Shown: positions 37,136-47,880, counted from the stretch's first letter. The stretch: DNA of 64,000 bases from a virus (IMGVR_UViG_2907128583_000005:128001-192000); one strand, 5' to 3'. The notes: generated by a model not told the origin, from the sequence alone. Numbers and translations are program-made.

Positions 37136-37940
37136 TTATAGATACAATGAGACAAAATATGCTTTAAAGCTATTAGAAAATGGATTTATTACAAAATATC
37201 ATGTGTATGAATTGAAGATCTTAGCGAAGTTTTTTAAAGCGAAAGGATTTAAACCTAAACAGAGAAAAGAATTGATTTATGAGTTTTGTCAGAAATATAT
37301 TGAAGGCTTCAATCAGGTACTCTACTTTAGGGCTATAAACTCAGTATTGAACTATGCAGTGAAAAAAGAAAATAAGTTAATCGATATTGACAGAATTAGC
37401 GTATCAAGATCAGAGATTGATTACATTATCGGTGCAGAGCTTACTTTGAATGAAAAGAAAGTACTGTTTACCTTATTGACGATGAATAAGATTAATAAAC
37501 AGATCAGTAACACTATGTTCGGTAAAGAGTCAAGTCACAATAAGTTTGGTGGTAGTAGAACTCAATTTAGAGAATTATATAAGGCGGCGAAAATTAATGG
37601 CAAGTCCAATATCAATGAGATAATTCATGACCTTTATAAAAAAAATCATTTAAATATTGAAACTGGATATCGAAAAGATAACGGCAAAGTACAACTGAGT
37701 TTTATCGATAAGATAGAGCGTGATGATCAGGTAGCAATTATTATTAATACATATGATAATATTGGTTATTACTTTGACCAGTTTATTGGGGATAGTAAGG
37801 TCATAAATTGTAAATGCTGTGGTACGTTGATACATATTACATCAAACAGAAAAAAATATTGTGTTGATTGCTTTAGTAAAATCAGAGAAACACAAAACAG
37901 AAATAAGTCTTTGAGATACTATTATAAAAATAAAAGTTAA
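37128..37940 (+). CDS. conserved hypothetical protein coupled to the RNAP gene, C-terminal zinc finger
   Basis: GGAGG RBS before TTG 37128; CKCCG...KYCVDC. Confidence 0.75.
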   Translation: MINYRYNETKYALKLLENGFITKYHVYELKILAKFFKAKGFKPKQRKELIYEFCQKYIEGFNQVLYFRAINSVLNYAVKKENKLIDIDRISVSRSEIDYIIGAELTLNEKKVLFTLLTMNKINKQISNTMFGKESSHNKFGGSRTQFRELYKAAKINGKSNINEIIHDLYKKNHLNIETGYRKDNGKVQLSFIDKIERDDQVAIIINTYDNIGYYFDQFIGDSKVINCKCCGTLIHITSNRKKYCVDCFSKIRETQNRNKSLRYYYKNKS

Positions 37941-38079
37941 TACTTTACCATTTAGAAAACATCAAAAAATCCATGGTACATAAGGGTTTTCTGTATAAAT
38001 TAAATTTTTTATATAGTGATAGAATAGACAGAAAATATCTTTCTATCACAAAAAACAAAACTAAGGGAGATTATATATT

Positions 38080-38355
38080 ATGAATAAAACAGATTTGGTA
38101 AAAGCGACGACAGAAACTACGGGTTACACAAAGAAAGATGTTGAAGCGGTAGTAGACGCAGCTCTAGAAACAATTGTAACTGCTCTAAAAAATGGAGATA
38201 AAGTTAAATTGGCTGGCTTTGGTAACTTCGAGGTTCGTGAACGTTCCGCACGTAAAGGACGTAACCCGCAAACAGGAGAAGAAATCGATATCCCTGCTAC
38301 AAAAGTTCCAGCATTCAAACCAGCTCCAGCGTTCAAAGAGCAAGTAAAGCAGTAA
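38080..38355 (+). CDS. hup: histone-like DNA-binding protein HU (YonN-like)
   Basis: MNKTDLV...[36 protein letters not shown]. Confidence 0.97.
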   Translation: MNKTDLVKATTETTGYTKKDVEAVVDAALETIVTALKNGDKVKLAGFGNFEVRERSARKGRNPQTGEEIDIPATKVPAFKPAPAFKEQVKQ

Positions 38356-38380
38356 TTTTATAAAGTTTACATACATATTA

Positions 38381-38625
38381 GAACCATTTGTGGTTCGCAC
38401 AAGTTAGATATAAGCCAATGAAGTGGGAAAGGTTCCCGGCGCGCTTGCTTATAGCAAGTTACCAGAAATCAGGATACGCCGCCCTGCATTGACTCAATTC
38501 TTAACTAAGCCCTGAACAAGGGAACCTGCAAGATGAAACATGGCAGACTAACGACTGAAGAAGTTAAACAGTAAATACTTGAGGGGTTAATCTCCCCTCC
38601 ATCTTACCCTAATCGGGTAAGCTAC
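38381..38625 (+). ncRNA. candidate structured non-coding RNA with pseudoknot
   Basis: GC-richer intergenic tract with no credible ORF, several nested stems and an 8-bp crossing pair (38430-37 / 38520-27). Strand and ends inferred. Confidence 0.5.
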
Positions 38626-38679
38626 AAAAAAGCAGATAGATTAGATCAAAAAAACACATAATATAGGGAGCATATATAT

Positions 38680-38850
38680 ATGGAATCGAATAAAGAGAAA
38701 TTGGTTGGCTTGAATGGAATTCGAGAAGCAGCCTTTGGACTATACCCTAATGCCTCTAAGATCACCATTACAATTGATGGTGAAAAAATCAAAGTTGCTC
38801 CGATTGAGGACTATGAAATTCCAGTTGGACTAGAAATTGAAGAGGAGTAA
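38680..38850 (+). CDS. 56-aa hypothetical protein (not in ORF track)
   Basis: MESNKEKLVGLNGIREAAFGLYPNASKITITIDGEK...; GGGAG RBS. Confidence 0.7.
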   Translation: MESNKEKLVGLNGIREAAFGLYPNASKITITIDGEKIKVAPIEDYEIPVGLEIEEE

Positions 38851-38854
38851 ATGA

Positions 38855-40042
38855 ATGACTTCTCTTCAATCATTAGATAACGAGACATACGAGGAATACC
38901 TTATACGGATTGGCTCCAGCAAAGAAGAGTTGGGTTTATCTTGGAGTAAAATTGCGACACTTATGAATGAATATCTCAATGAGGACTTCACGGAGTCTAA
39001 ATATCGCAAAGAGTTCCACTTGCTTACTCGTGGCATCTCAATTGGCGTGAAAAAGTCGTCAACTGATGAGTACAGGCGCGAAATTGAAGATAAAACTATT
39101 GAATTACAAAAGCAAAAATATCAGTTTCAAGATCAAAAACGCGAATTCAATAATAAAATCAAAATGATTGCTAAGTTTGAACACTTAAAAGATGAAATTT
39201 CAACTAGCATTAAGCAACTTGAAAAAGTTAAGCCTCTCCCCTACTCTCCTGCCAAGGAAAGTCCCTCTTATATTCGCGCAAACGTCCTTTTTTCAGACTT
39301 TCACTACGGACAAGAATCGGACAACTCTTTAAACAAATACAATCCACGTGTGTTTGATAAAAGATTTAATCATCTTGTATCCAAAACGATTTATTATTGT
39401 CAGAAACACAATGTTGACGAATTAACAATAGCTTCAATTGGAGATCAAATCGCAGGATTTATCCATCTTACTTCAAGAATTGAACAGAGTGAAGATGTCA
39501 TCTCTCAAACTCAATACATATCAGAGCGATTGTCTGAAGCCGTTGCAGAGATTGCTAAGTTTGTACCAAAGGTAAGAGTCATAAACCTAATTGGCAATCA
39601 TAGTCGGACTTTTCAAAGTAAAAACGAAGCTATATTAAAAGAAAACTTTGAAAATATCATTCCTTGGTATATGGAAACTCGCCTTAGAGAATTCGATAAT
39701 ATTGAACTATTAAAAGGCGAAGATGGTTATTTTATCGATGAATCATTTAAAAAGCCTCACATATATGTGCATGGCGATTTAGACCATGTAACGACCTCAG
39801 CCCGACAATTACCTCAATTCCTTGGCGTAATACCTCAATACATCTTCCAAGGCCATATTCATCATGATACTGTTAAAGATTTCGGTAGAACAACGGTAGT
39901 TTCTAATGGCAGTCTTTGCGGCGTAGATTCTTATGCCGTCAGTAAACGTATGTATTCGGATGCAATGCAAAAGATGCATATTTTTGATGTGGACGGACGA
40001 ATTGAATACAAAATAGATATCAATTTACAAGAAGTAAAATAA
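38855..40042 (+). CDS. calcineurin-like metallophosphoesterase (YonJ-like)
   Basis: SDFHYG, GD, GNH, VHGD and GHIH motifs. Confidence 0.9.
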   Translation: MTSLQSLDNETYEEYLIRIGSSKEELGLSWSKIATLMNEYLNEDFTESKYRKEFHLLTRGISIGVKKSSTDEYRREIEDKTIELQKQKYQFQDQKREFNNKIKMIAKFEHLKDEISTSIKQLEKVKPLPYSPAKESPSYIRANVLFSDFHYGQESDNSLNKYNPRVFDKRFNHLVSKTIYYCQKHNVDELTIASIGDQIAGFIHLTSRIEQSEDVISQTQYISERLSEAVAEIAKFVPKVRVINLIGNHSRTFQSKNEAILKENFENIIPWYMETRLREFDNIELLKGEDGYFIDESFKKPHIYVHGDLDHVTTSARQLPQFLGVIPQYIFQGHIHHDTVKDFGRTTVVSNGSLCGVDSYAVSKRMYSDAMQKMHIFDVDGRIEYKIDINLQEVK

Positions 40043-40057
40043 AATTTATACATATTA

Positions 40058-40327
40058 TTGGAGGAAATAATGTACGCATATTTAGATAAATATCAAATTT
40101 TGCATGTAGTTAATGAGAAAGAGCTAGCTGAACAATACGCACTAAACAAGAAAATTGTTGAAGTAGATATCGAAGAAGAACACGGATACCCAGTGATTAA
40201 TAAACAAGCGGTTGTTTACTACGCTGAAGATGGAGCAGCATTTATTTATGGCAACCGAACTGACAAACGAGCAAAACAGATTATTACACCTGAAGAAATT
40301 ACGAAGATTGTGAACAAATTGAAATAA
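40058..40327 (+). CDS. hypothetical protein
   Basis: GGAGG RBS (start probably ATG 40070); terminator GCCTGA/TCAGGC-TTTT downstream. Confidence 0.7.
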   Translation: MEEIMYAYLDKYQILHVVNEKELAEQYALNKKIVEVDIEEEHGYPVINKQAVVYYAEDGAAFIYGNRTDKRAKQIITPEEITKIVNKLK

Positions 40328-40497
40328 CTAAGAGCTGAGGAATACATAAATCAAATGCCTGAGTACTATCAGGCTTTTTATTATTTGTTTCTCATTGGGA
40401 GACCTTCCGTCTTTAAACAGGCTGCTCCCTCCTACCCCATGCTTTTTATTATCAAATGGGAATTTTATTGTTTTTTCTATGTAAAGAAGGTGAAATA

Positions 40498-41295
40498 TTG
40501 GCTGATACAAAAAAAGAATCGCCATCTTCTAAAAAAATAACTTGTCTAACATGCCGTAAGACAAAAGTTGCAACATCTTTTTATGTGAATTCTAATCCAT
40601 TGTTCATTACTGAAAAATTTGAAATATGTAAGTCATGTATGAATGAATACATAGGCGAAAAAGATGCTAATTACCTGAACAGAGTTGTTAGTGTTTTGGC
40701 AATGATGGATAAGCCTTTTATTGAAGATTTATGGATTTCTCGTGGAGAGGAATGGTCAAGGTATATTCCACAACTCTCGTCTTTTCCCAAGTACAAAGAT
40801 ATGAAATTTTCCGACAGCGACAATTATTTTATCCAGAGTAATACAGATGCAAACGAAGCTGAATATATAGATGAAGCACGTCATTACAATAAGAAGTGGA
40901 TGGGAGAATACACCGCTTCCGACATTGACTATCTTGAGGAATACTATACTGGATTAGATAGAGATTTTAAAATAGTTACAACTAATCACAAGGACTACGC
41001 TAAGAAGATATGCAAAGCAAGCTTACATATGGATAAGTGCTTTCAAGATGTATTGAATGGCGTTTCTGGAGCCGATTCTAAGTACAAATCTGCAAGAGAG
41101 ACATTTGATACTTTATCAAAATCAGCCCAGTTCTCTGAATCGCAAAGAGGACAAAATGATGTAGGTCTAGGGTGCTTTGGAGTAACGTTTGATCAGGTTG
41201 AGCAGAGAAAATGGGTACCAAAACACATTCCTATGGATAAAGATAGTATTGATAAGATGATAGATCAATTTGCATCTATCAAAGAATCGGTTTAG
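40498..41295 (+). CDS. YonG-like protein, candidate terminase small subunit
   Basis: Two CxxC pairs; directly upstream of the large terminase; AAGGTGA RBS before TTG 40498. Confidence 0.65.
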   Translation: MADTKKESPSSKKITCLTCRKTKVATSFYVNSNPLFITEKFEICKSCMNEYIGEKDANYLNRVVSVLAMMDKPFIEDLWISRGEEWSRYIPQLSSFPKYKDMKFSDSDNYFIQSNTDANEAEYIDEARHYNKKWMGEYTASDIDYLEEYYTGLDRDFKIVTTNHKDYAKKICKASLHMDKCFQDVLNGVSGADSKYKSARETFDTLSKSAQFSESQRGQNDVGLGCFGVTFDQVEQRKWVPKHIPMDKDSIDKMIDQFASIKESV

Positions 41296-41304
41296 GTGAA
41301 ATAA

Positions 41305-43047
41305 ATGGCATTCAAAAATTATAGTAAGAAAAGTAGAAATAAAAATGATGGAAATTCAGATAACTTTGAGAACTCAATAAGTTATGATCCAATAAAGAGA
41401 GAATCTATTGATTATGAGAATTGGGAAACATACATAGCATATTATCGACATCATATAGATGAGTTTGCTGTAAACGTATTAGGACTAAAGCTATATCCGT
41501 TTCAAAGGTTAATACTTAGAGCAATGGCTAGATATCAATACTCTATGCTGATTTGTTGTCGCGGTATCGGTAAAAGTTGGTTAAGTGCTGTATTTTTTAT
41601 ATGTGCTGCCATTCTGTATCCGGGTATTAAACTAGGGATAGCTTCAGGCAAAGGACAGCAAGCTAGAAATGTAATTATTCAAAAAATCAAAGGTGAACTA
41701 GCAAAACACGAAGATATTGCAAGAGAAATAAACTTCCCGATTAAAACAGGTTCTGACGACTGCGTTGTTAATTTTAAAAATGGCAGTGAAATTCGAGCCA
41801 TTGTTTTGGGTAATGGACAAAGCGGTGATTCTGCTCGTTCATGGCGTTTTCATTATTTGCTTTGTGATGAAGCTAGAATTATCCCCGATGATATTATAGA
41901 AACAATTTTGATCCCGATGACTAAAACTAAACGACCTATCGCTATCACTCACAGTGAATATGAAAAAGGTAAAGTTATCTTTATTTCATCTGCATATTTA
42001 AAAACGTCCAGTCTATACAAAAGATTTATGCATCATTATAAAAAAATGGTCAGTGGAGATCCAAACTATTTTGTATGTACTCTCCCCTATCAGGTTGGTG
42101 TAGATGCAGGAATATTCGATGAAGATGATATTCTTAGCGAACTAGAAAAACCAACGATGAATAAAGAAAAATTTGATTATGAATACAGGGGAGTTTTTGT
42201 TGGCTCAAGTGGCGAAAGTTATTATCCTTATGAATTAACACAAGAAGTTAGAACTTTAGAAAAATGTGAACTTGAACAACCGAAAAAATCAAAAAGTGAG
42301 TATATCATCGTCCATGACGTAGCAACAAGCACAGCATTAGATGCGGATCAGGCTGTTACAACAGTAATTAAACTAAAGCCAAAAGTAAATGGAACATTTA
42401 CCAAAGAAGTTGTATATATGAAAGCTAATAAGGGTCTGACACTGCAAAAGCAAAGAGATTTTTTAAGGTATTTAGTACATATTAGATTCCCAAACACTAT
42501 TAAGCTGGTGATTGACTCTAGAGGTAACGGTGAAAACCTGCCTCATTTGTTTTATGAAACTTGGGAATATGTAGATGAAAAAAATGGACAAAGATTTGAG
42601 TTTCCCCCACTCATTAAAGATGACGATCAAGACGCTTTTACACTTAAGAACTCAAATCCTCTCATAAGAGCTGTTACAGCTACAAATCAATACAATAATA
42701 TTATGTACCCATATATGAAGAGTTGCTTTGAAGATGGTACGTTGAGACTATTGGTTCCGTCAGAACAAATGGACATTTTGTTTAAAACCGATGCAATGAC
42801 TGCTGAAGAATTTGCTGTATATATTGAAACAGATCTATTACTACAGGAATTGAGTAATATTAAACAAATGGAAAGTAACGCTAAGAATATTATTTATGAA
42901 AGAATCGTAAATACCACGAAAAGGGATAGAGTTACAAGCTTAGGATATGGACTTCACTTTATTTATGAAATGGAAATGGATAATAAACTTAGAGCAAACC
43001 AAAATGACGAGTTTAATTATTTAGATTACCTATACATATCGCAATAA
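41305..43047 (+). CDS. terL: terminase large subunit (YonF-like)
   Basis: LYPFQ Q-motif, CRGIGKS Walker A, LLCDEAR Walker B, HDVA and KRDR nuclease residues. Confidence 0.93.
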   Translation: MAFKNYSKKSRNKNDGNSDNFENSISYDPIKRESIDYENWETYIAYYRHHIDEFAVNVLGLKLYPFQRLILRAMARYQYSMLICCRGIGKSWLSAVFFICAAILYPGIKLGIASGKGQQARNVIIQKIKGELAKHEDIAREINFPIKTGSDDCVVNFKNGSEIRAIVLGNGQSGDSARSWRFHYLLCDEARIIPDDIIETILIPMTKTKRPIAITHSEYEKGKVIFISSAYLKTSSLYKRFMHHYKKMVSGDPNYFVCTLPYQVGVDAGIFDEDDILSELEKPTMNKEKFDYEYRGVFVGSSGESYYPYELTQEVRTLEKCELEQPKKSKSEYIIVHDVATSTALDADQAVTTVIKLKPKVNGTFTKEVVYMKANKGLTLQKQRDFLRYLVHIRFPNTIKLVIDSRGNGENLPHLFYETWEYVDEKNGQRFEFPPLIKDDDQDAFTLKNSNPLIRAVTATNQYNNIMYPYMKSCFEDGTLRLLVPSEQMDILFKTDAMTAEEFAVYIETDLLLQELSNIKQMESNAKNIIYERIVNTTKRDRVTSLGYGLHFIYEMEMDNKLRANQNDEFNYLDYLYISQ

Positions 43048-43071
43048 ATCTATATAGAAAGGATGTGAACA

Positions 43072-44619
43072 ATGACCAGAAAAAACAACAAGGATACGCC
43101 TAATGTAAATACAACTCCTCCCAAAATAGAAAATAGTGAAGATTATGCACTGCAATTTGCAAAAGCTCTCTCTAGTAGCTATCAAAGTGGTTCGCTATTT
43201 AGTCCACTATGGCAAAATGAATTGTTAAAGTCGTTAAATATGTCCCCTACTACATTTGATCGAAAAAAGATTGAAGAAATGATTAAAAATCCAAAAGCAA
43301 ACGAAGATGCCTTAAAGGATTTAAGTCAGTATCTTTTTAATGTAGTAATGCAGTTTAATCGATTGGTTAACTACTATTCTACTATACCTACCTTCGACTC
43401 ATTTATAGTTGCAACTAATGCCGATGAAGAAGATATGAAATCTACAGCTTTTAAAAAATCCAGACGTAAAGCAGTAGATATCGTAGAAAAACTATCGCCC
43501 AAGTCAACCTTTCCAAATATATTAAAAGGTGTAATCTTGGAAGATGCAAAATTCTATTATGTTCGTGAGTTTGGTGATTCAGTTGCTTTGCAAGAGATGC
43601 CATCAAAATACTGTAAGATCATCAATAAAACCGAATACGGATATCAATATGCTTTTAACATGTATTACTTTTTACAATCAGGTGTGAATATAAACGATTT
43701 CGCTCCTGAATTTAGTGAATATTACAGTGACTTTGCCAATGCTGGGAGCAGTAAAGATCGTTATGTCTATTGGCAACCTCTCGATCCTATAAAAGCTCCA
43801 GTGTTTAAATTTGATGAAACCAGAGCCGGACTAACCCCTCCTCTAATGGGGTTATTCTTAGATAGCGCTGAAATAGAACATTACAAAGGTTTGCTGAAAA
43901 CAAAAACTGAGCTTGAAACTTGGAAGATAATTGTTGGGCAAATTCCAATGAAGAGTGACACTAAGGGAGCTTCGGTAGCTAATAACTTTGCTATTGATCC
44001 TAATGTTGCAGGTCAATATACTGCAATCCTCCAAGCTGGTGTTCCGAATGGAGTAAAAGTTGCTACAACCCCGTTTGAGTTAAAAACGGTTGATTTTAAT
44101 CAATCACAAACTCAAAATAACATAGTTGGTTTTAGTCAGGATAATTTTTATCAAGCTGCTGGTTCAACTCCTATATTATTTGGTTCGGGGACTGTTAATG
44201 CTTCTGGTCTTCAAGCATCAATCAAAGTCGATGAAGGTTATGTAATTCATATGTATCGCCAGTTTGAGCGTTTTATCAACAGTTATCTAAAAAGCAAAAC
44301 GGGAAAATATCGCCATAAAGTAGTCTTCCCTGATATAACAGTGTTCAACAGAGACGAAAAGTTCGAAAAGTACCTTAAAGCTGGACAGTTTGGATTTTCT
44401 AAAACATTGGTCTCTTTGGCTATGGGCATAAACCCTGAAGATATGCAAAGTCTGTTGGCTTATGAGAACAGTATTAGCCTTGTTGAAAAATACCTTGTTC
44501 CCCTTTCCAGTTCCCATGTGCAGAACGGTAATAAGGATAGCGGTCGCCCAAAAGTATCTGATAACGATCTTAGTGATGATGGTGCAAAGACAAGAGACTT
44601 AGATTTGAATAATCGTTAG
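43072..44619 (+). CDS. portal protein (YonE-like)
   Basis: 515 aa directly after terminase; C-terminal SSHVQ...GRP motif. Confidence 0.8.
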   Translation: MTRKNNKDTPNVNTTPPKIENSEDYALQFAKALSSSYQSGSLFSPLWQNELLKSLNMSPTTFDRKKIEEMIKNPKANEDALKDLSQYLFNVVMQFNRLVNYYSTIPTFDSFIVATNADEEDMKSTAFKKSRRKAVDIVEKLSPKSTFPNILKGVILEDAKFYYVREFGDSVALQEMPSKYCKIINKTEYGYQYAFNMYYFLQSGVNINDFAPEFSEYYSDFANAGSSKDRYVYWQPLDPIKAPVFKFDETRAGLTPPLMGLFLDSAEIEHYKGLLKTKTELETWKIIVGQIPMKSDTKGASVANNFAIDPNVAGQYTAILQAGVPNGVKVATTPFELKTVDFNQSQTQNNIVGFSQDNFYQAAGSTPILFGSGTVNASGLQASIKVDEGYVIHMYRQFERFINSYLKSKTGKYRHKVVFPDITVFNRDEKFEKYLKAGQFGFSKTLVSLAMGINPEDMQSLLAYENSISLVEKYLVPLSSSHVQNGNKDSGRPKVSDNDLSDDGAKTRDLDLNNR

Positions 44620-44633
44620 ACTCTTTTGAGGAG

Positions 44634-46154
44634 GTGATAATTATAAAAAATAAGGATAAAAAAGCTACTCTTTTCGTCGAGAATTATGAAATCGAACCTC
44701 TTAACGATTCTAGATTTTCAAGACTTAGAATGTGGATATCTCATGATGGTGTAAACAACAATAAAAGTAACATCGATTTCGATGTTCTTAAAAATGCTGA
44801 ATCATCTGTCGTTAATATTCCTATTTTGGCCCATATAGAAGGCGATGATTTTGGTGAGCATGAAATGGAATATAATGAAGACGAAGATAAAATTACATAT
44901 ATAGAAAAGCCCATCGGAGTAATTTCTGCCGTTAATAACAACTATCATTATGAAGAAATTGATGGGAGAAATTATGCAGTTGTAGATGGATACATATGGA
45001 ATGTCTATGCACAAGATGAGATGAAAATCATCAACAACCAAGAAGAAACTAAGCTGTCAATCGAAATTGTAATTGATGAATCTGAGTACAACAAAGAGAC
45101 AAAAATATTGAATATTAAATCATTTAGGTATACTGGCGTTACTTTATTGGGCAATAAATACGGCACTGGTATGATTAATGCTCACGCAAAAATTGAGCAT
45201 TTTTCTTTGGATGATGATTTTACCAAAAAAATGAAAGAGTTAAATTCATTTCTACATCATTTTAATGATGTTAATAAACAAACAAAGGACAGTAAGGAGG
45301 ATAATGTTCAATTGCAAAAAAACAAAAAAGAAATTGCAGCTCTTTTCAAATTGACTACTAACCAATTATACGAAGAGATTGACAATGCCCTTAGTAAACA
45401 AAAATACATAGGTACTAATTGGTATGGAGAGTCGGTAGAAAGATGCTCTTATTATCTTAGTGACTTTGATGAAAATTATATCTATCTTTGCGATGTCCAA
45501 GATGGATATAGGCACAAGAAAGCATCTTACAGTATGCAAGGAGATAATGTTGTAATTGATTTCGACACTCTTACGAGAATTAAATATTCTCCTGTAGATT
45601 GGGTAGATGGTGATGAAGCCGATGACGCGATCAACACCTTTAAGTCCACTATCGATTCAATTAGCAGCGAAGCAACAGAAGCCATAAACAAGGAAAAAAA
45701 CGAAAAAGAAACACTGGTTGCTGAGTTTACCGAAAAAATCGCGGGTAAAGATGAAGCCATTCTTTCTTTGAATCAAACATTGACAGAAATTCAAGAGAAA
45801 TTTACTGAAGTAGAGTCTCAAATTACAAATAAAGACGAGAAAATCATCGAGCTTCAAGAAGAAATTATAAAATTTAAAGAAGCTGAAGATGTAGAAAGAA
45901 TCGATGAGCTATTTAATTCTTACCCTACTCTTCTTACCGAAGATGAAAAAGCTAAGTTTACAGAAAAGCGTTCTTCATTTGCTACTTTTTCTGAATTTGA
46001 AAAAGAAGTTAAATCTTACGTATGTGATCGTATTATCGAAACTACCAAATCGAAGAACTTTAACTTTATTTCAATGGGACTTCCAGATGATGGCGAACAA
46101 AATAAAGAAACACCTAAAACAGTTTGGGATAGACTTTCCCAACAAAACAATTAA
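44634..46154 (+). CDS. prohead protease/scaffold protein (YonD-like)
   Basis: PIL.H...GEH, GYIW, LSIEI, GVTLLG protease-like N-domain and acidic coiled-coil C-terminus; position after portal. Confidence 0.75.
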   Translation: MIIIKNKDKKATLFVENYEIEPLNDSRFSRLRMWISHDGVNNNKSNIDFDVLKNAESSVVNIPILAHIEGDDFGEHEMEYNEDEDKITYIEKPIGVISAVNNNYHYEEIDGRNYAVVDGYIWNVYAQDEMKIINNQEETKLSIEIVIDESEYNKETKILNIKSFRYTGVTLLGNKYGTGMINAHAKIEHFSLDDDFTKKMKELNSFLHHFNDVNKQTKDSKEDNVQLQKNKKEIAALFKLTTNQLYEEIDNALSKQKYIGTNWYGESVERCSYYLSDFDENYIYLCDVQDGYRHKKASYSMQGDNVVIDFDTLTRIKYSPVDWVDGDEADDAINTFKSTIDSISSEATEAINKEKNEKETLVAEFTEKIAGKDEAILSLNQTLTEIQEKFTEVESQITNKDEKIIELQEEIIKFKEAEDVERIDELFNSYPTLLTEDEKAKFTEKRSSFATFSEFEKEVKSYVCDRIIETTKSKNFNFISMGLPDDGEQNKETPKTVWDRLSQQNN

Positions 46155-46172
46155 TAGGAGGAAATATATTTA

Positions 46173-46679
46173 ATGAGTACAATTGTAAATCTTAATCTGA
46201 TGGCTGGTACTAAAGTAGACAGCTTTATTCAGTCTGTTCAATTGCCTGAGGCGGTTGATAACGGTAGCTTAGTAGTTCTAAAGGGGGTGTTGGCTGGTAA
46301 CCCAGAAGTTCGTATCGCTGCAACTCCAACTGATGTAGCGGCTCAAGAAGTACTGTTGGTTGCAAGCCCAGAGATTCCAGAGGTCAATGGCTTCCGAATT
46401 GACGTAAGTGACCCTGCTCTATTCACTAATAAAGCTAATACCCCTGCTCGTGCATTTCGCCTTAAAAATGGTGACACATTCACTATCACGGATGACGGCA
46501 TCGATGGCGCAACAGTTGTGGATCAATACGTTATTCCACAGGATGGTAAATATAAAGGCATTGCTAGCGCAACCCTTGGAACAACTAAAGTAGCGCTGTT
46601 GGTTCTTGAAAAAACAACTATTTCCGTTGGGCGCTCTCGTGTTCCAGCAACTAAACTGCAAGTAATTAAAGAAGCCTAA
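46173..46679 (+). CDS. head decoration/minor capsid protein (YonC-like)
   Basis: VDNG..V.L and ARAFRL..GDTF patterns; position before the capsid gene. Confidence 0.65.
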   Translation: MSTIVNLNLMAGTKVDSFIQSVQLPEAVDNGSLVVLKGVLAGNPEVRIAATPTDVAAQEVLLVASPEIPEVNGFRIDVSDPALFTNKANTPARAFRLKNGDTFTITDDGIDGATVVDQYVIPQDGKYKGIASATLGTTKVALLVLEKTTISVGRSRVPATKLQVIKEA

Positions 46680-46708
46680 TACATAATAATCGGAGGAACT
46701 AATTTAGT

Positions 46709-47818
46709 ATGAAAAACTATGGTAGCCTTAAGTTTTTTAATATGTCGCAAAATGAAAAAGATGTTGTACAAGCTGGTGTAGAAGCTTGGTACCACTATTG
46801 TTATCAAAACCGCAACAAAGATGGTCGTTTTAATAAGTATGCTCAATATGCGAATGATGGCGTAACCCTTGATGCAAAACAAGAACTGTTCACCAAAGGC
46901 TTGAAAAAAGAAGCTTACCGTCTAGCAGGCATTCCGTCTGATACCAATTTTACTGAAGGTATGATGGCTTCTAACCCTAATATCCAGTGGGCAACATTTG
47001 CTCTGGTAGCTCAAACTTTGGATATCGTAATCCCTGAAACAGTTTTGGATAGTTTTTACCAGTTCGCAGAAGTTAAAAATGTAAACTGGGGCGATCAACT
47101 GGTGTTTCACGTAGATAGTCCAGATTTGTTTGTCGTTAGTACTAAAGCTAATGGTCAACGAGGTAATCAACGGCAACGTTTGTTCGGAAAAGATGTAACA
47201 CTTACTCCTCAACGCCGTACTGTAGAAATTTATGAAGAACTTTATCGTGTGCTTGCAGGAAAAACAAATTGGGGCGCATGGGTTGCACGTGTAGCTCAAG
47301 CAATTGAAACTGATATCACTACTCGCATTTACTCTTCGATTTATGACTCTTTTACTACTCTGGGCGCTAAATATAAAGAAAATGCTGCCTTTACTTCTAC
47401 AGCTTTTAACAATCTGGTTCAACGTGTTTCTGCTGCAAACAATACGGACAAGAGTGTGGTATTCGGCACTAAAACTGCACTTGCTCGTATCTTGCCAGAG
47501 AATCAGTACCTTCAATTTGGTCTTGGACAAGAATTTAATAAGACCGGACATTTGGGTAACTTCCAAGGCACTGAGCTTTTTGAAATTGGTCAACGTTTGA
47601 AGCCAAATAGCGATGAATTTGCTATCGATGGTGACTTCGCTGTTGTACTCTCTTCTGGCTCTGATAAGCTAGTCAAAATTGGTTTTGAGGGTAACACAAT
47701 TATTACTCAATCTAAACCTGAAGATAATGCAGATCAAACAATGGGATATTCTGTATCGCAGAATTATGATGTGCAGTTGATTACAGCAGCAGCTTATGGA
47801 TTGTATAAATTCTCATAA
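46709..47818 (+). CDS. major capsid protein (YonB-like)
   Basis: 369 aa; FAEVKNV.WGD and VFGTKTALA motifs; followed by a terminator. Confidence 0.85.
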   Translation: MKNYGSLKFFNMSQNEKDVVQAGVEAWYHYCYQNRNKDGRFNKYAQYANDGVTLDAKQELFTKGLKKEAYRLAGIPSDTNFTEGMMASNPNIQWATFALVAQTLDIVIPETVLDSFYQFAEVKNVNWGDQLVFHVDSPDLFVVSTKANGQRGNQRQRLFGKDVTLTPQRRTVEIYEELYRVLAGKTNWGAWVARVAQAIETDITTRIYSSIYDSFTTLGAKYKENAAFTSTAFNNLVQRVSAANNTDKSVVFGTKTALARILPENQYLQFGLGQEFNKTGHLGNFQGTELFEIGQRLKPNSDEFAIDGDFAVVLSSGSDKLVKIGFEGNTIITQSKPEDNADQTMGYSVSQNYDVQLITAAAYGLYKFS

Positions 47819-47825
47819 TTCCATT

Positions 47826-47858
47826 GGTCGGTAAGTACATTCTTATCGACCTTTTTAT
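47826..47858 (+). terminator. intrinsic terminator after major capsid gene
   Basis: GGTCGGTAAG-tacatt-CTTATCGACC followed by TTTTT. Confidence 0.8.
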
Positions 47859-47880
47859 TAAATAATAGGGAGGCATATAG

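Noticed and set aside
46922-47593. 223-aa ORF antisense to the capsid gene, and similar shadow ORFs (1439-1786, 23574-24011, 38124-38336)
   Set aside because: They lie wholly opposite well-supported genes, lack convincing RBSs and have atypical composition.
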